Shown here in pieces: positions 34,632 through 46,976 of a stretch of 64,000 nt of DNA. The stretch is from Vitrella brassicaformis CCMP3155 (taxonomy: Eukaryota; Protista; Chromerida). The notes under the pieces are model-generated. The model saw nothing but the letters and a program-made list of their open reading frames with translations. It had not been told where the DNA came from and searched no databases. The stretch is taken from contig CDMY01000271.1 of NCBI GenBank assembly GCA_001179505.1, positions 1 to 64,000 on the forward strand, read 5' to 3'. Within the stretch, counting starts at the first letter, position 1, and the number at the start of each line of letters is the position of its first letter. Position numbers and translations under genes: made by a program.

Positions 34632-37600
34632 ATGACCGATGCGTCCGTGAGGAGCCGTGTGACGTACGGTTCGGCCACATCGTTCGCTGGTGCGTATTCG
34701 AAAGACGAAGACGCACACAAAGCACAAAGCTCAATCTCTTTCCCCGTAACGCACGCAGGTCTGGAGCGCATCCGTGTGAGAGAGATGTTGCTGTGGCAGA
34801 GCCACCCTGGTCGCGTGTTGGTCGTCAACATCGTGACACGACCCCTGAAGCAGACCTGTGTGGGGTTCATAGGAAAGGATGAAGAGGGCACACCCATATT
34901 GGTACGACGGACATGGGACGCACACGGTAGAGAAAGAGATTTACTGGTGGGTCCATTCGCTGTAGGTGGCCATGTACAACTGTGGAATGTACAGCCAGGA
35001 GGATGCCGACGAGAAGATCAAACCCGACACATGGTGTGCAATCGCAAACCCATTCTACAAGGTCATCGCAACCTACACCGAGATCTTCTCATGTATCCGT
35101 CTCTGTCATATCTCTGTCCTCTCTTGCCGTATCCACAGATCGCAGGCGACGGCTTTCGGGCTGTTCGTATTGATGATCCGAGCCAGGTGAGGCTCGATGT
35201 GAGCCCTCGCGACGCGTCATTCCAAGCGGAGGCCAACAAGGTGCGTGCCGCGGATCCGTCCACAGCTGAGGGCTGGAAGGCCAAGGGCAATTCGCACTTT
35301 GGCAAGAGGGAGTTTCTCGACGCATACATAGCTTATATGAAGGTGGGAAGAGGAACAACGAGATATGCAGCTGAGCTCAGCTGCCATCATGTGCACTGAC
35401 TGACGCTACTGCTGTTCCTTCCGTATTCTTGTCTACAGGGTATTCGACTGGGCGTGCATCAGGTCGTCTGTGAGGTGCTGATGAGGCGAGCGAAGTGCCG
35501 CATCGGATGCGGGGAGTACCTCGGCGCCTTCATGGACGTCTTCACCGTGCTGCGGCTGCTACCACACCCCACCAGTAAGTGGGGGAGGACAGCAATCCAC
35601 TGCATGGACATGCAACCTCCGTACAAACGCGTTTCCGTCTCGTTTGTGTGTTTGGATGCAGGCGTCGAGAAGGACAGCAAGGTGCACGTCATCCAGCAGG
35701 CAGCACTGGACATCTACGGCGTGATGATGCAGTGGCTGACAGCCTCGCAGGGCGACACATCCACATCCACCAGCAGCAACGGCAACAGCGGCATTGAAGT
35801 GCCCATCCCAACGAGAGAGACCATGACGGCATTTGTCACGGATGTCGTCACGCATCTGTGCACAGCCAGAGGGCCAGAGGGTGTGGAGGGTCGCGACATC
35901 AGCGAGGCGCTTCAGGCAGGCGAGGTGCTGCAAGATGATGACGAGAATTACGCCGAGGCCGCGGACGTCTTCACGGCCGGACTGGCGGAAGCGGATCTTG
36001 ACACACTCATGGTGGGCGAGGCGGGATACGTACGGTGTTCACCACCGAACGACGCTTGTGTCCCTTTCAGATTCTCCTGAGCAATGCATCCGCCTGTTTG
36101 CTGAAGCCAGAGCTGGTCAAGGAGGGCGGTCCGGACGCCATGTGCTGCGCGGCAGCGGCACTGCACATCAGCTGCTTGAAGCCGTGTGCTGAATTTACCC
36201 CCATCCAGCAGAAGGTGCGTACCCACCCCGAATCAACCCACAAGCTTCCTGCCAATTTTCCCTGCCTGCTGTGCTTACCCCCTGTATAGGTACTCGTCCG
36301 GCTGGGCCAGGCCCTACTCGCAGAGCGGCTTTTTGATGCTGCCGACGTAGTCGTCGAAACGCTGGGGCAACAGGTATCAAACACCAGCGGACATCCATCA
36401 ACAGATGGACAATGTCATCACGTCTGTGTGTCTGTTGAGCCCGCCAGGATCTCACTGAGCCAATCAAGGGCCAGGTAGATGCCTTATCTGACCGTCTGAC
36501 GGCCCACAAGGCGCAGGCCAAGGGCGACTTTGACTGGCCATCGATCTACGCGTGTCACCTGGCCAACGCCAAGGCCAGGCAAGATGGCAAGCCGCCGACA
36601 CCGCTTGATTTGGCCGAGTATGCCGGGCCCATCACCGTGAAGCAGGCGGAGGGCAAGGGCAGGGGGCTCTTCGCGACTCGGAACATCCAGCCAGGGGAGC
36701 TGCTCATCGTTCAGAAGGTGAGATGCTTCACTGACCGATGCCCGGAAGAGGAGTGACACACATCGGCCTTCTGTGCCTTGTCTGTTTGACGTGCAGCCGC
36801 TCATATTGGAGACCGGTGCCGCGGTCTTTGAGATCGAAGGCAATCGGCTGACACGTGGGTCACAGCACCGAGCATACGAGAAGTTGGTCAAGCTCGCCGT
36901 TGACGGCTGGCATCCACGGCTGGTGTCGCAACTGGGCTGTCTGTCCGAGGGCCCAGACCATTTGCCCACGTATGAGGCCCCGGTGAGAAGAGAAGATGCC
37001 CCTTGGCCCATTGATTTCACTTCCTCTTTCGATATGCGTTTTTCAGAGCGTTGATAGGACCATGGGCCTTGGACCAACCGCGTTTCCATTCCTCCCGCGG
37101 CTCTACATGGGTGCGCTCAAAGGCGGCAAGGGCGACCTGAGGGAGTTCGGTGCGCCTTTCGTCCAACTCCACCCAGACCAAGTTCGCAATCTGGTCGGTC
37201 AGCATCACACTGTACCACACGATGCCAATGGTAATAGTCCTTTCTTTGTGTTGATATCAGTGTGACAACAACATCCACGATGCCCACGGCATCCTGGCAC
37301 GGACGCCGAAGAAACCACGATCAGGTAAGTGATCATGCAAGCAAGCTCGTGGTTTCTGCTGATGGTACCACAGTGTATTTGCCGTCTTGTATCGGTCCGC
37401 GTCCGCAGAGGGCGACAAGAATGGGTGGGACAACAAAAGTGGTCTCTGGGTCTTGCCGTCCTTGATGAATCACGACGGCACGTGCAGGAACGCCATGTGG
37501 TACGCAACACTCGCTCTCTTCATTCTGCCTGACACACACTGCTCTGACGCGATGCAGGGTTGCTATTGATGAGTGGATGGTGGTGCGAGCTACCAGGCCC

Positions 37601-38465
37601 ATCGCTGAAGGAGCAGAGGTACTGACTGCCTACTACCCGTGTTTCGGCGAGATCCCGCCGAAGAAGGAGGCCGACTTCGCCAAGGTAGGTGAGCAAACAA
37701 CCTTCCTTCATCCATCCCTCTGTGTGCGCGATGGATGCACAGAAGTGGTCCATCCCGTCTGCGTACGACAACGACACGTACAAGGCACTCGAGGTACGAA
37801 GATGATGTCAGCGTCAGCTGTACCTCGAGTGCCTTGTGTACTTGTGTTCCTTCTATTTTGGCTGCAGGATGGTGAGAAGCGCTTCAAGGTGATTGATTCC
37901 ATGTTCAACACCTCCATCGAGCCATCGGGGCGGCCGGCGAAAGACGCGGCCACCAAGATCACCACGGGGCTGCTGGAGTGCGACAAGCTGCAGATCAAGA
38001 TAGAGGACCTCAACGTGCCTACCCTGCTCATCTCCAGAGTACACAAGGTGAGTCGTAGCGAGCGAATGAATGAGTGAGATGGTGGAGGGCGCGTGCCGCC
38101 TGTTGTCCCTGTCAGCTGCGTGGGATGCTGTTGAGCCGGCTGCTGTCGTGGGACGAGGTGGCCAGGTGCTTCATGCAGTCCATCGAGGCGTCACGCGCCA
38201 TCCGCGGACCCCACGAAGACGACCTGGCGACCATGGCCAACTTCACCATGTTCGTCAAGAGCGGCCCCGCACACAAGAGGATGGTGGGCTGATGCCACTT
38301 GACACACGGACACCACGCGCGGCATGAAGGAATGAGTGTGCGTGTGCGTCATGGTGTACACAGGTCACGGAGATGAAGAAGACCTGTGAGGTGCTGTACG
38401 GCACAAGCGAAGCGGCCAACGTGCTCTTCCTCGGCGAGTGCGACCTTCCTCCTTTCCGCACCTGA
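34632..38465 (+). CDS. TPR- and SET-domain protein (putative lysine methyltransferase)
   Basis: TPR-like helices (AEGWKAKGNSHFGKREFLDAYIAY; VLMRRAKCRIGCGEY). SET motifs GKGRGLFATRNIQPGELLIVQK, GLWVLPSLMNH and MVVRATRPIAEGAEVLTAYY. Last exon ends ...DLPPFRT* at 38465. Confidence 0.85.
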
Positions 38466-39051
38466 CGGACCCATTGATTAGCAGCGGTAGATAGACGGTA
38501 GATAGACGAGCCGAGCAAAAGTGGCCGGCCGACGTCCGTAGCTGGCCTTCCTTTGTGTGTGTGTGTGTGTGTGTAATGGGCATGGCGTGTTGAGATGGAA
38601 TCTGCGGACGGAAGGACAACAGATATGTGCGACTGAATGAATGAATGAATGTGTGTGGTTCAATTGGTGAGTGGATGAGATCAGCCAGCCAACAGTCCAA
38701 AGACACAAGGAGTCAGACAGGCAGACAAGACAGATGGAGAGACAGACATCGGGGGAGGCGAGCCAGCGACAGAAGTCTAAGTGTGTGTGTAGGTATACAT
38801 CAATCAGTCTGTGGACAGATGGACAGACTACAACACCACCACTACAACCAACCAACATCACTCATCACTCTAACCACCACCAACCGTATACACATCAATC
38901 AATCGTCCACACCGACAACGCCGCACCGCACCTATTTATCCATACAGCCATTCAATCCAGCCACATACACACACTCTCAACTGACCGAAATGCCCCTGCC
39001 TTCTCTGTCTCCCTCCTCCCCCCTGTAAACCCCTGCCTGTGTCTGTCCCTA

Positions 39052-40943
39052 TCATATGGATAATGTCCTCAGGCCGACCTCGGGAAGCGAAGCTCGGAAT
39101 GCCTTGCCGATCCCCTCGATGAAGTCGGTGGGCAGCTCGTCATCCCCGCCGTCATCACGGCCGCCACCCCGCTCACGGTCACGCTCACCGCGTCTCGATG
39201 AGCGACGCGACCGATCGTGCCTCGACGAGTCGTCGTGTCGCTCACCTGACGAGCGGCGCTCACGGGACTGACGAGACGACGAGCGGTCGCGGTCGCGTCG
39301 CTTCTCCCGGCGCTCGCGGCGGTGTGTGTACCGCTGGAGGGCGTGGCCATCTCCCTCGTGACGTGCCTGGCCCTGATCCTCGGGAAGCAGGTCTCGCAAC
39401 GCGGGGATGCCGTTCTTGTCGTCCCTCTCGCGGCTGCGGTGTCTGCCGCTCTTGTGCCGTTGCACCTTGTGCGGATTGCCGCGCTGGCGAGAATACGACG
39501 AAGACGCCTGCGACAATGCACGCTGGTTCTCGGCCTCGACGTGGTCGGTGAGACTGCGAGTGCCGCTGTAGCTGTCGCGGTGCATGTGGTGCGTGCGGGA
39601 GGAGCCGCGCGGGGCGTGCTGACGGTCCTTGAGGATCGAGTACTCGTGCGCCGCCTCCAGGTCGTCGGGGTGTCCTGAGCTGCTCTCCGTCTTGGCACCG
39701 CCCCCGCGATGCTTGTCGTGCTTGCCGGACAGATGGAGGGGCATCTGACGCGCGTGTGGCGTGAGGGCGAACGCATTGGTGGAGGAAGGCGGCGGCGGCG
39801 GCGTGCTCCACTTGTGTGGCCCGCCGCCTCCGTCGCTGCCTGGTGTGAGCGATGGGGTGTTGGGGATGCGCGTGGTGCCGGTGTTGCCCTCGGCGGGTGT
39901 GCTGTTGGAGCTGCCGTTGCTGTAGCGGCTCTTGTTGGTCGCAGGCGTCTTGGGCCCCTTCTTGCCGCCCCGGTCCTTCTCGTCACTGTTCTCATTGTTG
40001 ACGGTGACTTGGTCCTCCTCGTGGCCCTCGCCGTGAGGCTTCTCCATGGTGCCGACAAGCGATAGGATAACGGGCAGAAGGATGATGCCGTGCGCGACGC
40101 CGAAGCCCACCACGAGTGTCATCATCTTGAAGAAGACGCGGAAGAGGTATGACGCCGAGAAGGCCATGCCGAAGATGCCGATCTGTGTGGACACGGCGCC
40201 GTGGAAGATCGGATTGCCCATCAGCACAAGAGACTCGACCACCCTGCATAGTGCAGTGCATCGGACGGAGGCACAGGCGAAGGGTCGGCACTTTTTCGCT
40301 GTATCAGTTAGCTAGTTGTGTGCGTGTCTATCGTGTCGTGTTGGTTGCTTATTCTTACCTGAGGTTTCTGGTTTCGCCTTCACAGTGTGTGAATGTGTGA
40401 ATGATGTGCGCGGAATAGTCGACCGAAAACCCAATAGACATGACCAAATTGATCTGCACACCACACACAGCACACACACAGAGACTTTCATGTCATGCGG
40501 ACGGACCTGTTTCTGTGCAAGCGCTTGCTCGCTGTGGGCTGTTTGCGTACCATCGTCAACATATTCAGCTGAGACACAGGCAGACAGACAGACACAGTCA
40601 ATCAATGGCGACATGCCGATGAGTGAATGAGTCGTTGTGTGTTTGCTGTGCTGTGCTGTGCGTCCTTCGCTGGTTTACTGACTGGTTGGCTGTCTGTCTG
40701 TCTGTCTGACCTGCAGTCCCCAGAAGGACATGAATCCGATGACTACGATATCGATCATCCCCATGATCAGCAGCACCAGCAGTGCTGACGCCACATTGGG
40801 AATCAACACTGTCGCTACCTACACACACACACACACACACAACACACACACACACACACACAACACACACACACAACACACACACACACACACACACACA
40901 ACACACACACACACACACACACAACACACACACAGACACACAG

Positions 40944-40974
<31 letters not shown>

Positions 40975-43900
40975 CACACACACACAGACGTCCCAACATC
41001 ACAACGGCCACGCGTGGCATCCATCCGTCTCTGCTGTGGTACCTACCATGAACATGACGAATCCAGCGATGGTGAGGTTCTGTATGAGTGAGGGGACGAT
41101 CTGCAGGTCGCCCTCAAAGAATATCATCAACACGTTGAAAGGAATCGCTGTCAGCGGCTCCTCGCTGTCCTCCGCCTGCTTCGCGCAGTAATCACTGCAC
41201 ACTCACACACACACACACACACAGACACACACAGATGTCTTCTGTGAGCAGATCGGTTGTCTCGCTTCTGACCGAATGGTTTGCATCCACTTGGCCCGTA
41301 TCTCCGAGTTGGGGAGGAATTCGGTCATGACGAACATGCGAAACGAGACGAGCTCCTCCCCCTCCCACACAAACTCATGCTCGAAGATCTTGTACAGGCT
41401 GTCCTTCGCCTCCAGCACGCGCTTCAGGTTACGATTGAACTCCTGAACCCACACACGCCCGAACATTGTGGTGGCTGGACAGGCTGTGTCTCGTGTTTGT
41501 CTCACGGTTTTGTTGTTTTGGTTCTTGAGTGAGGGTCCGATGTCGGGATCGTCGAGGATGCGCTTCAGCGGATTCAACACGAGTATCGTCCGCTCCTCAC
41601 CTGCACCCATACATATCACACACACAGACATCCCACACCTGTTCGTTCCACCCACCCCCCCGTGAGTCTTACTATAGAGTCGATTGTGGAGCCGGTCGAG
41701 TGACCGCTGCGTCTCAGGTCTGGACCAGTCCTCGCGGGATTCAAAGAAGACCTCCGTGGGCGCCAGCTCGTAGGTGGTGAAGAACTCCTCGAGGTCCTGG
41801 TCGAAGGGCTTGAGGTAGGAGTCGTCGGGCGACAGCAGGCTCAGCTCCAGGCCCCTCTCGAGCTTGGTCACGCCGTAGATGGCGATGCACACGAGCGTCA
41901 GGAAGAAGAGCAGGATCGTCACCTTGGCCACCGGGTGAGTGATGAACTGTCCGTAGTAGTACAGGAAGAACAAACGCCACTTGCGACCCACGTTGCCTGA
42001 GGTAGACAGACAAAAGGCAGGCACCGCCCACAACACAACACAACCACGTGTCGCGCAACGCAATGCCACCCCCTCCCATGCCCCTCTGTCTGTGTGTACC
42101 CTTGGGTTCCTCGAAGAGTTCTGCGTCCATTCCGGGCGGTATGTGATCCATCGAGTCCTCCCGTGCGCCCTTGTGCGGTCCCTCCTCGGGTATCTCACTG
42201 AGTGGTGGGTTGCGTGAGCCGGCTGAACCGCTGCTCTTGGTGCTCTTGGGCGTCACGGTCATCATGGTGGCGGTGCTCTTGGGTGTGCCTGCGTTGGCCA
42301 TCTGCTGCTGGGAGCGGCTGGAGCTGGAGCGGCCATTGGTGGTGCTGCCAGGCATGGGATTGTTGGCTGTGGGTGGACGCTTGCGGCCGCCAGGAACGGT
42401 CGACACGGGCGGATTGGACGGCCGGGCGGGATGCTCCTCCTTGTGAGTGTACCTGCCATCGCATCGACGGAGGAGAGAGAAGGTTGGGCCTTTTGGTGAT
42501 TGTCGGTGTGGGTACCTATCCTACCTGAGCTGCTTCCTCTTTGCGAGTGCTTTGGCCTTAAAAGACACGAGTGAGAATGTCGACAGGTCGGGGTCGAGAG
42601 GGGGTTGGTAGCCTGGAGCCGACTCACGCGCCTCGACGCGCTCATCGACCTGAATGGATCGATGTGCGGCACAGACACGTGAAGGTGTGCAGAAGCAGCG
42701 CGTGTGCGCTGCATCCTTACCGGTGTCTTTTTCGGCAGGAAGAAGGGGCAGACTTGCAGGGCCTCTTCTCGCTTGGCGTCGAGACACAGCACGGCCAGGA
42801 AGATCGTCAACGCACACACATACCCGCAAAGCAACCCTGATGGATGTCATGTGCACACAAGGAGAGGAGAGGAGAGGGATGGATGGCGATCCAGCCGGCC
42901 AACTTTCTGCCAACCGAAGAATGAGTAGAGGCAGAAGTTGCGAATGGAGAGGTAGGGGCTGAAGGATCCGATAAACAGCGCCAGCAGATTCGTCACCGTC
43001 GTGATGGTGATGGATATCCCTATATGCACACAAGACACGGCACGGTGCAAACAGACCCTCTGTCTCCAGCCAGCCTCCCCTCCCTGCCTGTCCCACCCAC
43101 CGCAGTCGCGCATTGCGACGGCCATTCTTTCGTGTGCCCTTTCGACCATGTAGGCCAGGGCGTAGCTATTGATGATGACGAAGACGTCGTCCGCACCGAT
43201 ACCCATGATGAGGAAGATCGACACGAGCGCCGTCGGCACGAACTCCACACCCATGTGGGAGCACAGCCCCATCCCACCCAACACGGCCAGCAGGGCCGAG
43301 CAACAACCTGCAAACGCGGGCATCGCCCTGACAAACCAGACAGGCGAGGGGCCAGTTGCAAGGCGTTCATTGGTGCGGTGTCTCGACACAGGTGTTTGTG
43401 TGTGGGGATGACTTTGATTTGAAGAGGTCGCATGAGAAGTTTTGCCAGGTTGCGTATATGATGAGGACGAAAAAGGTGATGACGACAAAGATGATGTCCG
43501 ACGCACTCCGCGTCGCACGCGCCAGCTCGTCGTCTGCACACACGCACACACAAAGCCACACACTGCCTTTCTCTCTTCTAGAGGCTCTTCTGCGGTGTCC
43601 CGTCCCACCTCTGCTCCGGAAAGCCATGAAAGAGACCTCCAGCCCCGGGAAGTCCTTGCCGGGCTTCTCGAGGTTGGTGTAGTCGGACATGACTTCGATG
43701 AAGGCCTGCTCCCACTGATTGGTGCGCTCCAGGGCCGTGTCCGTGCCGATCTCGAGATCGTAGCTGAACATCAGGGCTGATGGACGGGACGGACGGACAC
43801 ACAGCCCCAGACAAGACACATTGCATGCAATGGGAGCCGATTCTCTGTCCGGTGATGTATGTGATAAGGCATGGTGTTGATTGACGCACCCACCTTGTGC

Positions 43901-44974
43901 CTCCTTGACGCATGTGAAGTTCAGCGTGACTCTGCCTTGGTCGTCCCGGTCCTCGGGAATGACGATGCCGGGTACGTCCTTGAAGAGCTCCGGGGGCACC
44001 GACCTCCTGCACGTCTCCTTCTTGACGCCGCCCAGGTAGTACTCGATGGGGAAGAACTGACGCTGCTGGTTGAACGTGACCCCCTCTTCAAATTCGTATA
44101 TCTCGGGCGTGTCGGTCTGGTCCCCTAACAGCAATTTCAAGTCCAGCGCGCCCATCTCCAATATCGAGTTGACCGAGCATGTCCCGTCCGGCCGTTTGAA
44201 GCACAGCTGATCATCGAAGGTGTACTGCTTGGTGGCCTCACCCCCGAAGCCGTCGGGCTCGTCGACGGGGATGGATATGCGTCGTCGGGTCTTGGGCTCG
44301 ACATTGATGCCGCGTATGAGGAGGTTGAGCTCCTGGAGCTTCTCGAGGTTCTTCCAGGTGAGGATGTTCTTGCCCCTGTTCTTGCCCTTGCCGGTGACGA
44401 TGACGAACTCCCGGTTGTAGTTGCGCTCGCCGAAGAGGGAGGTGTGGATCGCCTGGTGCTGCTTGGCCAGACTGTCGGGCAGCGCATAGTTCCTCTCAGC
44501 CCCCTCAACCCTTACCAAGATGCCAGGCAGCAGACCTGATTGATTATCGACACACACAAACACAGACACATGGGTGCATGAATCTCGACTGGTGGGTTTG
44601 GATGCGCACCTGTGCCCAGGCAGCCCATGACGAGCAGCGTGCCTGCTATCACCTGACAGACACCCACACACATTGAGAATGGAATGGCTGCCCCCCGTGC
44701 AGCGTCCCACACTCTCCCTCTCTCTCTCTCTTGTCGGTGACTGACTCACCACCCATGGGTATCTGTAGACGGATGCGGCCCACCAGCAGAAACCGTCGTT
44801 AATCTTCTCGATGAAGTACTCCTTCCATTCCCCCACCGCCACCATGAACGCCTTCCATGACCAGGAAGGGGAACGGCCCTCCTCGGCTGCTTCCCCACCG
44901 CCACCATGTCGGCCCTCCTCTGGTGCTTTCCCACCGCCACCATGTCGGGAGGGCCGTTGACTGGAATCTTCCAT
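39052..44974 (-). CDS. Patched/NPC1-like sterol-sensing-domain RND transporter (NCR1-like)
   Basis: SSD motif IMGIGADDVFVIINSY, ISITITTVTNLLALFIG, second-half motif INLVMSIGFSVDYSAH, and FFKMMTLVVGFGVAHGIILLPVILS. The C-terminal tail is long and R/S/D-rich. Confidence 0.9.
40821..40985. repeat. Compound (CA)n/(GA)n microsatellite in an intron of the Patched-like gene
   Basis: Direct reading: about 165 bp of acacac interrupted by aa/ag, ending in an (AG)n run. Confidence 0.95.
44875..44946. repeat. Two imperfect 36-bp tandem copies encoding RHGGGG(K/E)A(P/A)EEG at the N-terminus of the Patched-like protein
   Basis: ggccctcctcggctgcttccccaccgccaccatgtc is followed by ggccctcctctggtgctttcccaccgccaccatgtc. 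Confidence 0.85.
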
Positions 44975-45324
44975 ACGAGCGGGAGGCGAGCTGGGAGGGG
45001 AGGGAGGGGAGAAACCACCGGTCAATCGAACGACAATGAAAAACTCTCAGGTCTGCCAGCCGTGTGTGTGTTCTCGTCCCCTCTGTGTGCCGATTGTTTG
45101 TCGGTGTGCTCTTCACAGCGATGGGAGACGAGGTGACAGATGGGCAGCAATGCGATACATGGCTGGTCCTCTTGCCGTGGGGCTCACTCCACTGGCGCGT
45201 CCGCACCTCCTCGGCATCGAGGGAAGTCAACAAACTTCGCCTCTGCACTCTCCCGTGCCCTACAGCGCGCGTACATAACGGCCCGGTCGACCTTGCGAGC
45301 TCTTTGTGATTTTCCAAAGGACCA

Positions 45325-46345
45325 ATGTCCTCGTCTGCCGGGTTTCGCTTCTCGCGTCGTAAGCAGGACATCGAATGACATCGGTTTTCGTGGCTTGTGG
45401 CTTGCAACCACATTTCAGCCCATTTCTGTGTGCCGCGTGTGTCTGGCAGCGTATGAAGACGACATCCCAGACGGATGGACCTTGCCAGAAGGCTCCACCA
45501 AAAGGGGCGCAAAGGTGGGTGGGTGGGACCAGTGCTTCCCTCGTTCCTGCGTGATCTCTGCAGCACTCTCTTGAGTCGTCCTTGTTTGTGCTCGTCAGGC
45601 CTTCAAGAAGCATTGTGCGCAGTGCCATTCCATCTACCCGGTGAGCGCGAGGCGATAGTATGTATGGCTTACTCTGTGTGTGGCCCTCCACTTGTGAGGA
45701 CGTTCGCGCGTATCTCTATCTGATGTGTCAGGATGGTCGTGTGCCTTTTGCGGGCGCCGCTGCGTGGGGGCCGACGATGTGGCAGGTGTGCAACAGGACG
45801 GCCGGCGCAGTGATCATTACAGGCAACGCACACATCTCCAAATATCTCAAAGTGAGAGAGAGCGCTCGCTACTCAGGCATTTTTGGCTACAGTGAAAATG
45901 GTGCGGCGTGCCGCCTGTTTGCAGGACTCAGGTGTCGTGTGGACGGACGCCAATCTGATGAGATACATGAAAAACCCCCGGGTGCGTGAAATGAGAGAGG
46001 ACGACGTTCAGAGAGCTGTGTGTTCGATTGTTTGCCGTGCTGTGGCCTGTGTGCAGGCGTTCACTGAGTCGCCTGTTCAGGTCGATATCAGACCGATGGA
46101 TGCAGCATTGTACGTTCACCGAGTTGGGTTTCCCTGCTGCATACTTGCTTCAGATGAACTTTGCGGGCATCAACGACGTGCAGATGCGCGTCGACATCTG
46201 CCACTACCTGCACACACTATGTCCCGAGCACCCAGACGGGCGGGCGATCATGGCGGCCACCGAAACAACGCCCCTGCCAACTCTTAAGGAGTTCGGCGCC
46301 GCACTGGGGCTGGCGGGCAGGGCAGCCTCGCCACCCGCTGCATGA
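45325..46345 (+). CDS. Divergent cytochrome c of the apicomplexan cytochrome c-2 type (multi-exon)
   Basis: Spliced MSSSAGFRFSRPYEDDIPDGWTLPEGSTKRGAKAFKKHCAQCHSIYP...AWGPTMWQVCNRTAG...DSGVVWTDANLMRYMKNPRAFTESPVQMNFAGINDVQMRVDICHYLHTL. CxxCH heme motif; the WGP-x4-NRTAG and W-x3-NLM-YMKNP patterns recall Plasmodium cyt c-2 (from memory). Confidence 0.85.
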
Positions 46346-46976
46346 AACAACCGGCGGAATGGGGACAGGGAGGGGGGAGGGGCGGGTGTTCGGGTGTATC
46401 GACCGAGTCCACATACGGTTCGCACTGTTGGATGTGGGCGGCATGTGGGTACTGTTGTGCCATGTGCAATTTGTCATAGTATGCTTCGTGTTGACGGAGC
46501 ACGGGACTGATGGTGCAGTGCAGTATGCGCCTGTGGGGTAGCAGCAGGGGCGGGTCGGTTCGGCTCGGCTCGGGTGTATGATGGACAGTACGTATCTGAA
46601 CTCACAATATGACCCGCAGGATGAAGTCGGCTAAGTGCCATTTTTGGGCTTTGCAGCACTGCCAAGATCTCTGCCTGCACATACGTCGCAACCGACGACC
46701 ACTATTCACATCGACACACACACACACACACACATACATACGTATGTATGGTCACACAAAACAGCTGCCTGCCTGCCTGCCTGATGTCCAGACAGAGGCA
46801 AACATGGAACCACATCTGACCATGCTGCTTCGCAGCGCACTCCGACAACCACCAGGAGAGAGTGATGCTGTGCGGGTGAAAAACCCAACTCACGTTTGTG
46901 AGGGCCGCACAGCCACTCCATATCTCCCCCCTCTCCCCCCACCACCCCCCCAGAGATCCCTTGCTCAGCCTGCGAA

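Noticed and set aside
39069-40065. Multiple long alternative-frame and antisense ORFs in the Patched-like 3' exon
   Set aside because: Expected from high GC and R/S-rich low complexity. Only the 39052-40242 frame carries family motifs.
40598-41191. ORFs rich in CV/HT/TH repeats
   Set aside because: Translations of the intronic (CA)n microsatellite, not proteins.
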